The translations under genes were made by a program, and so were the position numbers. From a candidate division FCPU426 bacterium (GTDB taxonomy: Bacteria > Oederibacteriota > Muellerivitia > Muellerivitales > Muellerivitaceae), in contig CAVYSE010000020.1 of the NCBI GenBank assembly GCA_963771075.1, positions 11,385 through 75,384 on the forward strand: a DNA stretch of 64,000 bases, in the 5' to 3' direction. Under the pieces are notes generated by a model that saw only the letters and a list, made by a program, of their open reading frames with translations, searched no databases and was not told the origin of the DNA. Positions 60,592 to 64,000 of this stretch are shown in pieces (positions within the stretch are counted from its first letter, which is position 1; every line of letters begins with the position of its first letter).

Positions 60592-61509
60592 TTGTTGAGC
60601 CAGCAGGAACCAAAATCCTTTTCGCACCTGAAACAACTTGAAGCGGAGAGCCTGTTCATCATCCGGGAAGTCGTTTCGGAATTCAAAAAACCCGTCATGC
60701 TCTATTCGGTGGGGAAAGATTCTTCCGTCATGCTTCGCCTGGCCCAAAAGGCCTTCCACCCGGGCAAGATTCCCTTTCCCCTGATGCACGTGGACACAAG
60801 CTACAAGTTCCCCGAGATGTACCAGTTCCGGGACAAATTGATCGCCGACCTGGGCGCCAAGCTTCTGGTGGAACGCAACGAGGATGCTATCTCGGCCGGT
60901 TCCAGTCCCTTCAAATACGGGGTGGATAAATGCTGCGCGCTGTTGAAGACCCAGGGACTGTTGGACGCCCTCACCAAGCACGGTTTTGACGCTGCCTTCG
61001 GCGGGGCGAGGCGGGAAGAGGAAAAATCCCGGGCGAAGGAAAGGGTTTATTCATTCCGGGATTCCTTCGGCCAGTGGGACCCCAAGAACCAGCGGCCCGA
61101 ACTTTGGGACCTCTATAACTCCAAGATCAACGAGGGGGAATCCATTAGGGTTTTCCCCCTTTCCAATTGGACTGAACTGGATATTTGGCTCTATATCGAG
61201 ATGGAAAAGATTCCCGTGGTACCCATTTACTTTACCCACGAACGAAAGATCATCAAACGCAAGCAACTCCTGATTCCTTGGGCCCCCCATATCCCCCTTT
61301 TGCCGGGAGACGAAGTGAAACAGATGAGGGTTAGGTTCCGGTCCCTGGGATGTATGTCCTGCACGGGTGCCATCGAGTCCGAAGCCTCCAGCTTGCGGGA
61401 TATCATCGAGGACCTGGTTTTGACCCGAAAGAGCGAGCGGGAAAATCGCATTATCGATCACGGCTCGGACAGTTCCATGGAGCAAAAGAAAAAAGAAGGA
61501 TACTTCTAA
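60592..61509 (+). CDS. cysD: Sulfate adenylyltransferase subunit 2 CysD
   Basis: PAPS-reductase-fold PP-loop SVGKDSSV and the CysD-specific C-terminus. TTG start. Confidence 0.9.
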   Translation: MLSQQEPKSFSHLKQLEAESLFIIREVVSEFKKPVMLYSVGKDSSVMLRLAQKAFHPGKIPFPLMHVDTSYKFPEMYQFRDKLIADLGAKLLVERNEDAISAGSSPFKYGVDKCCALLKTQGLLDALTKHGFDAAFGGARREEEKSRAKERVYSFRDSFGQWDPKNQRPELWDLYNSKINEGESIRVFPLSNWTELDIWLYIEMEKIPVVPIYFTHERKIIKRKQLLIPWAPHIPLLPGDEVKQMRVRFRSLGCMSCTGAIESEASSLRDIIEDLVLTRKSERENRIIDHGSDSSMEQKKKEGYF

Positions 61510-61588
61510 AAGCAGTCGGCAGCCGACATCTCTAAAGACGTGAATGTGAAAAATTGTTTGTTAACGGTTAACTAAATTGGGAGTCGTA

Positions 61589-62858
61589 ATGACTATCGAC
61601 GAGAAATCGGAAATCAGCTACGCGAACATGGGCCTCCTGCGGTTTTCCACCGCGGGTTCGGTGGATGACGGCAAGTCCACCTTGATCGGGCGGCTGCTTT
61701 TTGACTCCAAAAGCGTCTTTGAGGACCAATTGGAGGCCATTCGCAAGACCACCTCCAAAAAGGGAGGGGAAGAGATCGACCTGGCTCTCATCACGGACGG
61801 CCTTGCCGCCGAACGGGAGCAGGGTATCACGATCGACGTGGCCTACCGCTATTTCGCGACTCCCAAGCGCAAGTTTATCATCGCCGACACTCCCGGCCAC
61901 GAACAATACACCCGCAACATGGTCACGGGAGCCTCCACCTCCAACCTGGCGATCATCCTGCTGGATGCCCGTAACGGGGTTATGACCCAATCGAGGCGCC
62001 ACGGTTTTATCGCAAACCTTTTGGGCATCCCCCATCTGGTGGTCGCCATCAATAAGATGGACCTAGTGGATTATTCCCAGGAGGTATTCAACCGCATCCG
62101 CGCCGAGTTCGGGGCCTTCACGAAGGAAATTGGCGCGCCCGAGCCTATGATTATTCCCATTTCCGCGCTCAAGGGCGACAATGTGGTGGAAAAGAGCGGC
62201 GCCATGCCTTGGTACCAAGGGCCCGCGCTTTTGCATTATTTGGAAACCGTGGAGATTAACCGCGACCTGAACCAGGAGGATTTCCGCTTCGCGGTGCAGA
62301 CCGTGATCCGGCCCAACCTGGATTACCGGGGTTTCGCTGGCCGGATCGGCTCGGGCCGAATTCGCCGGGGGGATCGGGTGGTCGTTCTGCCCTCGGGGAT
62401 CGAGACATCCGTCAGGGCTATCGACACTTTTGAGGGGGAAATCGAGGAAGCTTTCGCGCCCCTTTGCGTGACCCTGCGCTTGAAAGACGAGGTGGATTTG
62501 TCCCGAGGGGACATGCTCGTCCGCCCCGACAACCGGCCCCAAAGCGGGCCCCTCTTTACCGCCGATCTCTGCTGGATGGTGCAAGAGCCCTTGAACCTCA
62601 GGAAAAAGTATTCCCTCAAGCACACCACCCAGACTGTGAAAGCCATGGTGGTGGACATCGAGTATCGGACCAACATCAACACATTGGATAAGGAGAAAAG
62701 TGGATGAACTTGGGATGAACGATATCGCCCGGGTCAAGGTCCAATCGCTCAAACCCCTCTATTTTGACCCTTACAAGAAGAACCGCAACACGGGCAATTT
62801 CATTCTGATCGATGAGCTGTCTAATAACACGGTGGCGGCAGGCATGATCGTCGGGTGA
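61589..62858 (+). CDS. cysN: Sulfate adenylyltransferase subunit 1 CysN (GTPase), frameshifted near 62697
   Basis: G1 [10 protein letters not shown]3 DTPGHEQY, G4 NKMD. Frame 2 changes to frame 0 at an A4 run (gagAAAAgtgg). Removing one A yields ..[42 protein letters not shown], the canonical CysN C-terminus. Confidence 0.85.
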
Positions 62859-63069
62859 AAACGAGCATCCCCTTTTAACAACCTGAAGATCACAAAGTTA
62901 AATTTGATGTTTTATTGAGGATTTTAATGACGTGCTTTATGTTCTTTGTATTCTTTGTGGTGGAAGTTTGGGGTTTTGTTAGAGACTCTAAATCCTATTG
63001 CGCATTTTTCATGGTTTATGGTTAAAATCTACCCTTCACAGCTGATCTTCCGTAAGTAAATGAGGAAAC

Positions 63070-64000
63070 ATGCCTACTGCGCTCATCATTCACGGACATT
63101 TTTACCAACCCCCCCGGGAAAACCCCTGGACGGGGGTCATCGATGACCAACCCAGCGCCCAGCCTTTTTCCAATTGGAATGACCGGGTCTATTATGAGTG
63201 CTACCGCCCCAACGCTTTCGCCCGGGTTTTCGACCTGCGAAGCAACCGCATTGAGAACATCACCAATAATTACGAGTTCCTCAGCTTCAACATGGGCCCC
63301 ACACTTCTCTCCTGGATGGAGGTTTACCATCCCGGTACCTACCGAAAGATCCTATTGGCCGACCAAGAAAGCCAAAAGCACAACAACGGCCATGGCAACG
63401 CCATCGCCCAAGGTTATAACCATGCCATCCTTCCACTCTGCAATGACGCCGACCGGGTTACCCAGGTCAAGTGGGGGATCGCGGACTTCAAATATCGGTT
63501 CGTCCGAGACCCGGAGTCACTCTGGTGCCCCGAGACCGCCTGCGACGACGCGACCCTGTCGGTATTGATCGACGAAGGCCTGAAGTACGTCATCCTCTCG
63601 CCCATTCAGGCCCAGCGCGTTCGTCCACTTTCCGGGGGCGAGTGGCAGGACGTTTCCAACAGCTCGATTGATCCCAGCCTGGCCTATCGTTATTTTCACC
63701 GGGACGGATCGCGTCGTTCGATCGACATTTTCTTTTATGACATGAACATCGCCAAGTCCATCGCCTTCGAAGGCGCGCTCATCAGCTCCCAAGCCCTGCT
63801 TGAAAGAATCGGTCGCGCAGGCCGAGGCGAGGGACGGGTCATCCAGGCTGCCACCGACGGGGAATCCTATGGCCACCACACCAAATTCGGGGACCGCAGC
63901 CTGGCCTATGCCCTTGAAGTCGAGGCCGCGAACCACGATTACTGGGTCACCAATTATGGGGCTTTCCTGGACAAGAATCCGCCCTCCCAGGAAGTGGAGA
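63070..64000 (+). CDS. Glycoside hydrolase family 57 protein (alpha-glucan branching enzyme / amylase-like), 3' partial
   Basis: I translated the frame manually and it stays open to the window end. N-terminal IIHGHFYQPPREN (GH57 HQP motif) and ATDGESYGHH (GH57 catalytic-region motif). It is not listed in the ORF track, presumably because it has no stop within the window. Confidence 0.7.
   Translation, partial: MPTALIIHGHFYQPPRENPWTGVIDDQPSAQPFSNWNDRVYYECYRPNAFARVFDLRSNRIENITNNYEFLSFNMGPTLLSWMEVYHPGTYRKILLADQESQKHNNGHGNAIAQGYNHAILPLCNDADRVTQVKWGIADFKYRFVRDPESLWCPETACDDATLSVLIDEGLKYVILSPIQAQRVRPLSGGEWQDVSNSSIDPSLAYRYFHRDGSRRSIDIFFYDMNIAKSIAFEGALISSQALLERIGRAGRGEGRVIQAATDGESYGHHTKFGDRSLAYALEVEAANHDYWVTNYGAFLDKNPPSQEVE

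Overview
This 64 kb window is high-GC bacterial chromosome and is dominated by very large secreted and surface proteins. Many of these carry Pro/Thr-rich linkers and type IX secretion (T9SS)-style C-terminal sorting domains, which suggests a T9SS-bearing and probably uncultured lineage. I cannot assign the lineage confidently.

Content in order along the window:
- Two tandem, paralogous classical autotransporters. The second is an ~8 kb Gly-rich repeat gene split over five reading-frame segments.
- A TPR (tetratricopeptide) plus outer-membrane-protein pair.
- A ~3 kb low-GC island of four small lipoprotein or secreted genes.
- A T9SS-type cargo protein and a membrane thioredoxin.
- Two paralogous lipoproteins that share a duplicated ~285 bp leader plus signal peptide. 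One carries seven tandem Cys-rich repeats.
- A 2.1 kb gene-free, low-GC region packed with AATAAGGG motifs, perfect palindromes and ~110 bp diverged direct repeats.
- An ECF sigma / anti-sigma pair.
- A ~5.4 kb NHL-propeller protein gene with a T9SS C-terminal domain. It is broken by an in-frame TAA and several frameshifts.
- A PorV-like outer-membrane barrel fused to TPR, and a YadA-like trimeric autotransporter.
- Sel1-repeat, PilZ, GH16 glucanase and VOC (glyoxalase-fold) genes.
- Two tandem paralogous sensor histidine kinases, divergent MFS transporters, prmC, and two HPr-like genes.
- A sulfate-assimilation cluster: OprO/P-type porin, sbp, an embedded HPr-like gene, cysT, cysW, cysA, cysD, cysN. 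It is preceded by three tandem ~120 nt paralogous structured RNA-like elements, each ending in an intrinsic terminator.
- A 5' partial GH57 gene at the window end.

At least seven genes are interrupted by single-base homopolymer indels (G5-8, C5, A3-4 runs), which points to systematic sequencing or assembly error rather than biology.

No transposase, integrase, CRISPR array, tRNA or rRNA gene was found.
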